Shown piece by piece: positions 1 through 8,383 of a stretch of 64,000 bases of DNA; within the stretch, counting starts at the first letter, position 1; each line of letters begins with the position of its first letter. The DNA is from Oxynema aestuarii AP17 (GTDB taxonomy: Bacteria; Cyanobacteriota; Cyanobacteriia; Cyanobacteriales; Laspinemataceae). Location of the stretch: the NCBI RefSeq assembly GCF_012295525.1, contig NZ_CP051167.1, positions 5,877,299 to 5,941,298 of the forward strand, given 5' to 3'. The position numbers were made by a program, and so were the translations under genes. The notes under the pieces are model-generated. The model had not been told where the DNA came from, did no database searches, and saw only the letters and a program-made list of their open reading frames with translations.

Positions 1-2564
1 GGAAAGGGGGGTGCTGGAGGATTTTCTCCAAGGGGTGAGTTCAAATTCACTCCCTCTAAGCCCCCCTTATTAAGGGGGGTTGGGGGGATTTCTCCCCCCA
101 GCAACTGCCGCATTTGCGACCAGTCCAGTTCGGTCACCGCGTCGGCCCTACCGTAGAATAACCAAGACAAACAGGCATTTTTCCCCGCCTCCGCGACGGC
201 GAAGGCGCGCCCGACCTCACCCCGTCGCACGCACAGATCCACCGTTAACTGCTTAAAATCGGCAAACTGGAGGGCGAGTTGGCGTTGCTTCCCGGGACTG
301 GGGCAACAGTCCACCAAACGGCGCACCAGATCGGTTCCCCGCCGTTGCAACTCCTGGGCCTGTTCGATTTCGTCGAAGCTCAGCAATAGGCGAATCAAGG
401 GGCGTAAAACTTCTAAATGTCTTTCGGGATAGGCGGTTTCCGTAAGGGTTTCGAGGGCGAGATTGTAATGTTCGAATGCAGTTCTTCTATCCGGATCGCG
501 GTTGGTGGCTTTTCGGCGCGATCGAAGGTCATAGAGATTGCCGATCGCAAAATGTAAAGTACCCCACCCTTCCGGATGGGTGTCTTTCTGGCAATACTTC
601 AACCCTTCTCGGTAAGTGAGCAATGCCCCTTCAAACCCTCTCTGGTTCAAATCTGGGTTGAGGAGAGCGAGGTCAGAGGGCAAATAGGGAGAATTTCGTC
701 TGTCTACCTGGTTTGCAGCCTGACCCCGCATAGCCCAAGCTTCCCACTTATCGCGTTTGAGGATTAAGGCTGCATCATATGAGGCGATCGCCTCCTCATA
801 TTGTCCTAAGTTATCCTGCGCTGCCCCTCGGTTGTTATAAGCCTCGGGGTAATCCGGTCGGAGGCGGATGGCTTCGTTGTATGAGGCGATCGCCTCCTCA
901 TATTGTCCTAAGTTATCCTGCGCTGCCCCTCGGTTGTTATAAGCCTCGGGGTAATCCGGTCGGAGGCGGATGGCTTCGTTGTATGAGGCGATCGCCTCCT
1001 CATATTGTCCTAAGTTACCCTGCGCATTCCCTCGGTTGAAATAAGCCTCGGGGTAATCCCGTCGGAGGCGGATGGCTTCGTTGTATGAGGCGATCGCCTC
1101 CTCATATTGTCCTAAGTTACGCTGCGCTGCCCCTCGGTTGTTATAAGCCTCGGGGAAATCCGGTCGGAGGCGGATGGCTTCGTTGTATGAGGCGATCGCC
1201 TCCTCATATTGTCCTAAGTTATCCTGCGCTGCCCCTCGGTTGTTATAAGCCTCGGGGTAATCCGGTCGGAGGCGGATGGCTTCGTTGTATGAGGCGATCG
1301 CCTCCTCATATTGTCCTAAGTTACGCTGCGCTGCCCCTCGGTTGTTATAAGCCTCGGGGAAATCCGGTCGGAGGCGGATGGCTTCGTTGTATGAGGCGAT
1401 CGCCTCCTCATATTGTCCTAAGTTACGCTGCGCTATCCCTCGGTTGTTATAAGCCTCGGGGTAATCCGGTCGGAGGCGGATGGCTTCGTTGTATGAGGCG
1501 ATCGCCTCCTCATATTGTCCTAAGTTACGCTGCGCTATCCCTCGGTTGTTATAAGCCTCGGGGTAATCCGGTCGGAGGCGGATGGCTTCGTTGTATGAGG
1601 CGATCGCCTCCTCATATTGTCCTAAGTTACGCTGCGCTGCCCCTCGGTCGTTATAAGCCTCGGGGAAATCCGGTCGGAGGCGGATGGCTTCGTTGTATGA
1701 GGCGATCGCCTCCTCATATTGTCCTAAGTTATCCTGCGCTGCCCCTCGCAGGGCATAAGCCTCGGGGTAATCCGGTCGGAGGCGGATGGCTTCGTTGCAT
1801 GAGGCGATCGCCTCCTCATATTGTCCTAAGTTATCCTGCGCTGCCCCTCGCAGGGCATAAGCCTCGGGGTAATCCGGTCGGAGGCGGATGGCTTCGTTGA
1901 ATGAGGCGATCGCCTCCTCATATTGTCCTAAGATATGCTGCATACCCCCTCGGTTGTAATAAGCCTCGGGGTAATCCGGTCGGAGGCGGATGGCTTCGTT
2001 GCATGAGGCGATCGCCTCCTCATATTGTCCTAAGTTAAACTGCTCCTTCCCTCGCTCAAACCACACCTGAGCCTCATCTTTCTCCTTCTCCCCCGCTTCT
2101 GAAACCTTCTCCTCCGGTTCTGCAACCTTCTCCCCCGGTTCTGCAACCTTCTCCCCCGGTTCTGCAACCTTCTCCCCCGGTTCTGAAACCTGGGCTAACA
2201 CTTCCCTACCAATTTTCGCGGCAAGTGCGCCCCATTCCTCCCCATAAAGTTCGCCAAACTGCACCATCCGCCGTGCTAGTTCTTGATGCTGGGTGGGATT
2301 GTCCGACAAGCGATTGGCGAAACCTTCCAACCAAGTCGTCCACTGCGAGGGTGCAATTCCTTTGGCGATGAGGAACCCCTTCATCTGTCCGCGACTGGCC
2401 CCCTGTTCCATCCAATCGAGCAAATGTAGAAATGTAGACTCCAATTCCGTCGCCGAGAAAGACGGACGCGGTGGTGAGGGCGGCGGAGTCGGGGTCGGTT
2501 TGTGCCACCATTGCCGCAGTCGGCGATAGAGTCCGGTCAGCCAGCGCCACAGTCGATGCAACAT
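1..2564 (-). CDS. TPR-repeat protein, probably the N-terminal two thirds of a TPR-CHAT-type protein; the C-terminus runs off the window start
   Basis: Reverse-strand translation from the ATG at ~2564 reads MLHRLWRW...FGELYGEEWGALAAKIG, then (EPGEKVA)x4, then about 12 canonical 34-aa TPR units (AEAYYNRG..LGQYEEAIASYNEAIRLRPDY), then a non-TPR region (…VAEAGKNACLSWLFYG…). That last region resembles the segment preceding CHAT domains. AGGA lies 9 nt upstream of the ATG and an in-frame TAG lies 6 codons upstream. The minus frame whose + triplets start at positions = 0 mod 3 has no stop in nt 1-330. The gene is absent from the ORF track because it has no in-window stop. Confidence 0.7.
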   Translation of the reverse strand, partial: MLHRLWRWLTGLYRRLRQWWHKPTPTPPPSPPRPSFSATELESTFLHLLDWMEQGASRGQMKGFLIAKGIAPSQWTTWLEGFANRLSDNPTQHQELARRMVQFGELYGEEWGALAAKIGREVLAQVSEPGEKVAEPGEKVAEPGEKVAEPEEKVSEAGEKEKDEAQVWFERGKEQFNLGQYEEAIASCNEAIRLRPDYPEAYYNRGGMQHILGQYEEAIASFNEAIRLRPDYPEAYALRGAAQDNLGQYEEAIASCNEAIRLRPDYPEAYALRGAAQDNLGQYEEAIASYNEAIRLRPDFPEAYNDRGAAQRNLGQYEEAIASYNEAIRLRPDYPEAYNNRGIAQRNLGQYEEAIASYNEAIRLRPDYPEAYNNRGIAQRNLGQYEEAIASYNEAIRLRPDFPEAYNNRGAAQRNLGQYEEAIASYNEAIRLRPDYPEAYNNRGAAQDNLGQYEEAIASYNEAIRLRPDFPEAYNNRGAAQRNLGQYEEAIASYNEAIRLRRDYPEAYFNRGNAQGNLGQYEEAIASYNEAIRLRPDYPEAYNNRGAAQDNLGQYEEAIASYNEAIRLRPDYPEAYNNRGAAQDNLGQYEEAIASYDAALILKRDKWEAWAMRGQAANQVDRRNSPYLPSDLALLNPDLNQRGFEGALLTYREGLKYCQKDTHPEGWGTLHFAIGNLYDLRSRRKATNRDPDRRTAFEHYNLALETLTETAYPERHLEVLRPLIRLLLSFDEIEQAQELQRRGTDLVRRLVDCCPSPGKQRQLALQFADFKQLTVDLCVRRGEVGRAFAVAEAGKNACLSWLFYGRADAVTELDWSQMRQLLGGEIPPTPLNKGGLEGVNLNSPLGENPPAPPF
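779..2045. repeat. About 12 tandem, near-identical 102-bp units, each encoding one 34-aa TPR on the minus strand
   Basis: The + strand ORF-track artefacts show M at exact 34-aa spacing (779, 881, 983, 1085…1799). Units differ only at a few positions (gttatcctg vs gttacgctg; cggttgttataagc vs cgcagggcataagc). Confidence 0.9.
2096..2192. repeat. 21-bp tandem repeat, about 4.5 units (ggttctgcaaccttctccccc), encoding (EPGEKVA)n in the TPR protein
   Basis: Direct reading of the sequence; perfect copies at about 2117, 2138 and 2159. Confidence 0.85.
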
Positions 2565-2851
2565 AGAGCTTTTCCTCTGCTATGCAGGACATTGAGACCC
2601 CCCTAAATCCCCCTTGGGACTTTCCTCGTTCTCCCCGCCATCCTCCCAACCATCCCCCCAACCCCCCTTTGAAAGGGGGGCGAAGGGGGAATAGGGGGCG
2701 GAGGGGGGATCGGCACCGTACCTCATCAGACGCCCAAGTGCTGTATTTATTTTATAAACCGTCTGTGAATAGCGCCAATAGATAAGGAGGCCGATGGATG
2801 CCGATTTTTACCGAAATCATACTATGGGAAGGATACGGCAGTGCCGTGTCC

Positions 2852-4411
2852 TTACAGGCGATCGCCCCAATCGGTTTCGGGACGCAGAACGGGGGGTTTA
2901 ATATCGCCGAGTCGTTGACCGCGTTCTAAAGCATATTCGATATACTTCTCCATCGGGCGGGAGACGCAACGGGCGACAGGGGGCGCGAGTTGACCCAGTT
3001 GGCGGGCGTAACGATATTGGGGATTGGTTTGTAAGGCCCGGTCTAAGTCCCGGGCGAGGTCTGCGGCCCGATCGCCCGCCGCCTCGTCCAGAAACAGAAT
3101 ATAATGAGGGCGATCGCGCAAGCACGGGGTCAGCATGGCGAAACCGCCAGGATGCAGGGGCTGCAGTTGCGCCCAGACGAAGGCTTCGGTCAATTTTTCC
3201 CCACACAAGTCGCTGACCAGTCCCGCCCGTCCGATAAATTCCAGTTGGGGCGTTTGTCCGTACCATCCCGTCACTCGCACTCGATCGCCCAAGTCGTAGC
3301 GATACAAACCGCCATCGGTGGTGACGACGACTCGATAGACCCCGCCACTTTCGACCTCGTGGACGAGGCGCGATCGCCCGTCCTCGCCGATAAATTCGTA
3401 AAAGCCGCTCTCTACGGCCAATACGGGCGACGGACACCCGGCGATCGGGATCGTCACTGCTGCCTCGGTTGCCAGCAACCCTTTTCCCTGGATCCACACG
3501 TGAGGAAAAGCCCCTTGCAAGGAACGCACAAAAGCGGCGGCACTGGCATCGGTCCAACAGCTAATCGTATCCAACTGCGGCCACAACTGGCGGGTATCGA
3601 TCGCCCCGGAGGCGAGCGATCGTGACACTAAGTGAGCGCGCTCCGGGTTCGGCGGCAGGGGCGGTAACCCGGGAACGGTGGTTCCCCGCGCCAAATCGCG
3701 CACCAGGCGATCGCCGTTTCCCTCGATTTCGGCGAGCAATTCCAGCAAAAACGTGGGACTCCACACGGAAATTAAGGCCAATTGGGGCGACGCCAGCAAG
3801 TATAAAGCCGTGAGATAGCGCCAGCGATCGATCGCGGCGATCGCGGCAATTTGCGGCGGAACGGCGAGCAACTGCACGATGTGAGGGGCGAGGCGATCGC
3901 CAAAATAGAGGGCGTCATTGCCCGTCGGAAGGGTCACCGGGCCGACAGTCGGGGATTGGGGGCGGGCGATCGGCGAAATCGCCCAATAGGTCGGACCGCA
4001 GGCGATTCCCGGGCGATGTGCGAGCAAATTGGCCAACCAGGGAAACAGCGCCCTCTGAAACGCCGCCAAACTCCCTCGGGTGTAGGGAATCAGCTTACTC
4101 CCGGAGGTACTGCCCCCGGTCACTTCAACGGCGATCGCCTCATCGGCGCACAAAACCCCGGTTTCCCCCGCCGCCATCCGAGCGATCGCCTCGGCGAGGT
4201 CCTCGTAGGTGTGAATCGGGACGCGATCGCGATAGTCCCGGTCGTCGGCGATCGTCCCAAAGCCGTACCGCCGCCCGATTTCAGTGGTTTGGTTGCGGGT
4301 GAGAAGGTCGTGGAGGCGCGATCGTTGCACGGCGATCGCGCGATCGGTTGCGTTCGAGAAATCGACCCAAAACGGATCGCAAGCGTCTCGAATAAATTGC
4401 CAGTTTTTCAC
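2852..4411 (-). CDS. GH3 (auxin-responsive promoter) family adenylate-forming protein
   Basis: 519-aa ORF with the VTGGSTSGSKLIPYT motif typical of the GH3 / acyl-adenylate superfamily, and a YEDLAEAIARMAAGETGVLCADEAIAVEVTGG N-terminal region. Confidence 0.6.
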   Translation of the reverse strand: MKNWQFIRDACDPFWVDFSNATDRAIAVQRSRLHDLLTRNQTTEIGRRYGFGTIADDRDYRDRVPIHTYEDLAEAIARMAAGETGVLCADEAIAVEVTGGSTSGSKLIPYTRGSLAAFQRALFPWLANLLAHRPGIACGPTYWAISPIARPQSPTVGPVTLPTGNDALYFGDRLAPHIVQLLAVPPQIAAIAAIDRWRYLTALYLLASPQLALISVWSPTFLLELLAEIEGNGDRLVRDLARGTTVPGLPPLPPNPERAHLVSRSLASGAIDTRQLWPQLDTISCWTDASAAAFVRSLQGAFPHVWIQGKGLLATEAAVTIPIAGCPSPVLAVESGFYEFIGEDGRSRLVHEVESGGVYRVVVTTDGGLYRYDLGDRVRVTGWYGQTPQLEFIGRAGLVSDLCGEKLTEAFVWAQLQPLHPGGFAMLTPCLRDRPHYILFLDEAAGDRAADLARDLDRALQTNPQYRYARQLGQLAPPVARCVSRPMEKYIEYALERGQRLGDIKPPVLRPETDWGDRL

Positions 4412-4485
4412 CTCGTTAAAATTGATACAACTTCACTTAATCTTTGCAACTATAACAGAGTTTTGTTCTCTCAAAATTCAATCTT

Positions 4486-4965
4486 ATGGCAGGAGTTCTT
4501 AAACTTAAGATTCACGAAAGTGGGGAAGAACTTAAAAATTTACTCGCCAAACAAAGCACGGCGCGCGGTCGAGAACGGATCCAAGCTTTGTATTTACTGA
4601 AAATTGGACAAGTTAAAACCCTCAAAGAATTGGCCATTTTGTTAGGTCGAGATACAGCCACCCTTTATCGCTGGTTTCAAAAATATAAAGCTAAGGGTTT
4701 AGACGGGATGTTAGAAGTTAAAAAAGGTCAAGGTCGCAAACCTGCAATTCCCTCAGAAGTGATGGATTCTTTGCGCGATCGCCTCCAAGAACCGAATGGC
4801 TTTCAAAGTTACGGCGAAGTCAAAACATGGCTGAAAGAAAAATTCGATATCGATGCGTCTTATAAGGTCGTTCACGAAGCCGTTCGCTACAAATTAAAAG
4901 TCAAGCTCAAAACTTCTCGTAAAAGGCGCCGCAAGCGCGATCGAGACGTCCAAAAGCGGGAATAA
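4486..4965 (+). CDS. IS630/Tc1-family transposase N-terminal HTH (orfA-like) protein, orphan with no DDE orfB
   Basis: 159 aa: …RIQALYLLKIGQVKTLKELAILLGRDTATLYRWFQKYKAKGLDGMLEVKKGQGRKPAIPSEV…YGEVKTWLKEKFDIDASYKVVHEAVRYKLKVKLK. This is the typical IS630 orfA HTH, the GL-D-PR-GRP linker and a basic tail. No DDE ORF follows. Confidence 0.6.
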   Translation: MAGVLKLKIHESGEELKNLLAKQSTARGRERIQALYLLKIGQVKTLKELAILLGRDTATLYRWFQKYKAKGLDGMLEVKKGQGRKPAIPSEVMDSLRDRLQEPNGFQSYGEVKTWLKEKFDIDASYKVVHEAVRYKLKVKLKTSRKRRRKRDRDVQKRE

Positions 4966-5060
4966 AGCCCCTCAAAAACGATCGCGTTTTCCAGACGCCC
5001 TCCCTCGTCTGAAAAATTGATTCGAGCTAAAAATAGGAGCAATAGCGGGCGATCGCCCGT

Positions 5061-5819
5061 TTAAAAAACCGACGTTTTTAAGTACGGATCTGCCGATTTC
5101 ATTCCTTCAAGAAATCCGCGTTTCGCGTGCGATCGCATATTCTCTTCGGTCAGTTCCATCAAACACACTAACTCGTCGCCGCGATCGTAATTGGGATTGC
5201 GTTCTAAAAAGTAACGAACGTCCGGTTTTTGTCGATATCCCGGCTTAATCTCCGCCCAAATTCCGCTTAAATGTCCCCGAGATGCCGGAAATTGAACTAA
5301 CCCGGTTTCCCGGCGATAGTTGTCGCCAAATTTTAAGATTGCTAAATAATCCATTAAGTCGCGCATCGCATCGGGGGTGGGAGATCTCCAGGTGGGATAA
5401 AAAGATTTCGCAAATACGGGTAAATAGCGATAGGTTCGATATCCTTTGACGATTAAAAACCAATAAAGCGGTAACTGAGGCAATTCAGCTTTAATTTGAC
5501 CCGCCAAGCGACACCACGCCAGGGGTAAGATTTGCTCTCCCCAGTAGGGGCGATCGATAATTGTATCACCGGAAAACAAAGCGCGTCTCGGTTGGTTTTC
5601 CCACTCGAAATCAATAATTTCTAGGGTGGTAAATCCTCGCAAGACTTGGGAACGATCTAATAAAAGAATGGCGCAGTGTTTGCGTGCTAAATCTTCCCTA
5701 AACAGAGACCAATTGGTGCCGCCGTAGTAGTTTTGATAAAGGTCGTACATTTGCCGACATTGTGCTTCGCAAAAGTCGGATTTGAAAATGACGCGATCGG
5801 TAAGTTTATTCATATTCAA
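5061..5819 (-). CDS. Hypothetical protein, 252 aa, W/Y-rich; no family recognised
   Basis: Clean ORF in a lower-GC region; no recognisable motifs (…PYWGEQILPLAWCRLAGQIKAELPQLPLYWFLIVKGYRTYRYLPVF…). Confidence 0.5.
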   Translation of the reverse strand: MNMNKLTDRVIFKSDFCEAQCRQMYDLYQNYYGGTNWSLFREDLARKHCAILLLDRSQVLRGFTTLEIIDFEWENQPRRALFSGDTIIDRPYWGEQILPLAWCRLAGQIKAELPQLPLYWFLIVKGYRTYRYLPVFAKSFYPTWRSPTPDAMRDLMDYLAILKFGDNYRRETGLVQFPASRGHLSGIWAEIKPGYRQKPDVRYFLERNPNYDRGDELVCLMELTEENMRSHAKRGFLEGMKSADPYLKTSVF

Positions 5820-6068
5820 TGAGAACGAGTTGCGGCATTCTCTAGTTCAAAAAAATGGCAAATTTCAAAAAAAATGGCAGATACATGAAAAAGGGATAGA
5901 CTTGACGATCGCCCTCCCCCTCTAAAAGGGTAAAATAAAGCTCGCGAGATTCAATTTAAAAGTTGTCAAAATTTGTCAAAATTAACGATTGAACTCGTGA
6001 TTTTAGGTTCCGTTCTCTCGCCCCGTTTTTACGAAGTCGATCCGAGTTCCGATTCCCGGAATCGGCGC

Positions 6069-6233
6069 CTAACTTTCCGAGGGGGAAGGAACCCGAATTT
6101 TGCGGATCAGTTCGCGAATGACATCGGTTTTCGTCCGTTTGTTGAGATCGCAGTAGGTTTCCAAGCGTTCGAGTTCGACTGCAGGGAGGCGAATGGTTAA
6201 AACTTTATCCGATAATCTTTTTTTATTAGACAT
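6069..6233 (-). CDS. Ribbon-helix-helix (CopG/Arc-like) small DNA-binding protein, about 54 aa
   Basis: Manual translation: MSNKKRLSDKVLTIRLPAVELERLETYCDLNKRTKTDVIRELIRKIRVPSPSES. The beta-strand LTIRLP followed by two helices is the RHH signature. Below the 60-aa ORF-track cutoff; coordinates +/-2. Confidence 0.55.
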   Translation of the reverse strand: MSNKKRLSDKVLTIRLPAVELERLETYCDLNKRTKTDVIRELIRKIRVPSPSES

Positions 6234-6797
6234 GATACTTCCAAAAGTAGTACAACTCTATTATGACGAGGGCTTCCACGAGCCGCAATAGCCCGACGCC
6301 TCGATGCGCCATCCCACGGCGGCGATCGCTCTCGACCCCATCGAACCCTGGGTGAGTTCAAAAGAGCGCATTTGTAGGCTTCCCGCTTTTATTTCAAAAT
6401 GTAAAATTAATGTCAATTAACTTTTATTTTTGTAAAGTTTTTCAACTCGATTGACGAGCCCTGGGCGGGTCAAAAGACAATCGACCCCAGCCTTGAATTG
6501 TGGGGAGCTAACGGGAATGGGATCCACAAAAGCTAGCTCGTTTGTACCCCGGGAACGATCGCGACACGGCGATCGCACTCCCCGATTGCTACCCGGCATC
6601 CGTTCGAGGCGATCGCCGCTTCAACGCTTGACGAGACAAGGATTTCGCAAGGATCGACCCCGCTAAACTCCGAGCGGCGATCGACCCCTTACCACGGCGG
6701 CGATCGCAGGGAGGCGATCGAAAAAAACGCCGACAAATTTTGTGTTATAGTTGCATCAGTTAATTTTTCCTTTATGACCATCGCATAATTCAATCAA

Positions 6798-7253
6798 ATG
6801 GCAAAGACCTTAAATTTAGATATCCAAGAAAGTGCCGAAGAACTTAAAGCCCTGCTCAAACAACAAACCAACGCCCAACGTAAAGAAAGAGTCCATGCTT
6901 TATATTTACTCAAATCCAATCAAGTCACCACATTAGAAGAACTCTCGAAACTGCTGGTCAGAGATACCTCAACCATTTATCGCTGGTTTCAAAAATACAA
7001 ACAAGAAGGGTTAGACGGATTGCTCAAGCTCTACGAACCCGCAGGCAGACCGATTACAATTCCCCAAGAAGCTTTAGATAAATTGCGCCTCAAGCTGCAA
7101 GAACCGGAAGCATTCAAAAATTATGGGGAGATTCAAATCTGGCTCAAAGAAGAATGCGGCGTCGAGGTCGATTATCACGTCGTCTATCGCGCCGTCCGCT
7201 ATAAATTTAAAGCCAAATTAAAAAGTTCTAAATCCAGCCGAAAAAAAAAATGA
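6798..7253 (+). CDS. IS630/Tc1-family transposase N-terminal HTH (orfA-like) protein, paralog of 4486..4965, orphan
   Basis: 151 aa, collinear with the 4486 ORF at roughly half identical positions (…ALYLLKSNQVTTLEELSKLLVRDTSTIYRWFQKYKQEGLDGLL…AGRPITIPQEA…YGEIQIWLKEE…VVYRAVRYKFKAKLK). No DDE ORF downstream. Confidence 0.6.
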   Translation: MAKTLNLDIQESAEELKALLKQQTNAQRKERVHALYLLKSNQVTTLEELSKLLVRDTSTIYRWFQKYKQEGLDGLLKLYEPAGRPITIPQEALDKLRLKLQEPEAFKNYGEIQIWLKEECGVEVDYHVVYRAVRYKFKAKLKSSKSSRKKK

Positions 7254-7359
7254 TCGCCGGGTTAGTTTAATAAAATAAACCGTCAGTCATCATCTTTGAG
7301 ATTGGATTGACAACCTATCGCCATTCCCATCTAGCGAATAGAGGAAGTTTACGATCGAA

Positions 7360-8247
7360 ATGTCTCAATTTATCAAAGGGGGGCAAGTCGCCTGGTTTCA
7401 CGACGAAGGACATCCCGCCGGAATCTTTCATACTTACGACCAGTTTAGCGGCATCGACGGGAGCGATCGCCCGCGCAAAATCCATATTTTCTTACCCCGA
7501 AACTACGAAACCAGCGAAGATCGCTATCCGGTGGTTTACATGAACGACGGTCATACCGCCTTTTTCCGGGCCGGATTGGCGCGTCAGTCCTGGCAAGTCG
7601 CCGAACGGTTGGGGGAATTGTACGATCGCGGTGCGATTCCGAAACTGCTCGTCGTCGCCGTGCATCCACTCGACCGCGATCGTGAGTATACACCCGATAT
7701 TACTCCCAGTCTCGAACCCTCCGGGTTGGAAACCTACGCACCCTATTTAGTCAATTCCGTCAAAGGATTTGTCGATCGCCACTACCGCACCCGACCGGAA
7801 AACTCACAAACGACCGTGGTAGGGGCGGGACGGGCCGGACTAGCCGCCTTTTACATCGCCTGTCGCTACGGCGATCGCATCGGCAATGGGGCGGCGATGT
7901 CCCCCTCATTTTTCGTCGGTTTGGAGCGCGACGAAGACCTGTTTACCTCCCTGTCGCGATCGCCCCTGCTCAAACTGACCGGATCGGCGTTGGCCGATCG
8001 CGCCCGTCGTCCCCGTCTGTGGCTGGATTGGGGCTTAGTCCGCGACGGCACGGATCACAACAGCGCCATCGAACGGCAGACGACCAAGCGCGGGCGAGAA
8101 ATGGCCGAGTTGTTGCAGTATAAATACGGCTATCTCCGCGATCGTGACTTATTCGTGCGGGAAGATCCCGAGGGAGAACATTGCGAGGCGTCGTGGTCGC
8201 GACGGTTTCCCGAAATGTTAAAAGCCTTCTACGAAAAGTCTCACTAA
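7360..8247 (+). CDS. Esterase-family (PF00756-like, enterochelin/siderophore-esterase-like alpha/beta hydrolase) protein; the nucleophile motif may be degenerate
   Basis: 295 aa; …IHIFLPRNYETSEDRYPVVYMNDGHTAF…LLVVAVHP… The expected GxSxG position reads GAGRAG. Confidence 0.5.
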   Translation: MSQFIKGGQVAWFHDEGHPAGIFHTYDQFSGIDGSDRPRKIHIFLPRNYETSEDRYPVVYMNDGHTAFFRAGLARQSWQVAERLGELYDRGAIPKLLVVAVHPLDRDREYTPDITPSLEPSGLETYAPYLVNSVKGFVDRHYRTRPENSQTTVVGAGRAGLAAFYIACRYGDRIGNGAAMSPSFFVGLERDEDLFTSLSRSPLLKLTGSALADRARRPRLWLDWGLVRDGTDHNSAIERQTTKRGREMAELLQYKYGYLRDRDLFVREDPEGEHCEASWSRRFPEMLKAFYEKSH

Positions 8248-8383
8248 ATATTAATCTTGGGGTGTGTCTACTTCCCCATTCAAGCCAACCGGGGACGAGG
8301 GGGCCGGGAACGATCGCATTTTGTCGTATACTACAAGACCTAGCGATCGCCTATCCGCTTTTCGACTGCTATCGTCCTTGCCC

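Noticed and set aside
1-100. G/C-homopolymer palindromes (ccccccttattaagggggg; similar at 2665-2690) taken at first as a terminator marking the end of the TPR gene
   Set aside because: The coding frame of the TPR gene has no stop anywhere in nt 1-330, so the gene most likely continues off-window. The palindromes may still form structure, but I cannot call a terminator.
779-1900. Plus-strand ORFs 779..1039 and 1085..1900 encoding MRRSPPHIVLSY… repeats
   Set aside because: They are the antisense reading of the 102-bp TPR tandem array. The periodic ATG every 34 codons and the low-complexity product show they are artefacts of the minus-strand gene.
2206-2661. Minus-strand ORF of 151 aa (MGGWLGGWRGERG…)
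   Set aside because: It covers the same DNA as the N-terminus of the TPR gene in another frame. The product is Gly/Arg-rich nonsense. The protein-like frame (MLHRLWRW…EEWGALAAKIG) starts at ~2564 and continues without a stop.
5973-6200. 75-aa plus-strand ORF in the RHH region
   Set aside because: It overlaps the better-supported RHH ORF on the opposite strand and has no recognisable features.
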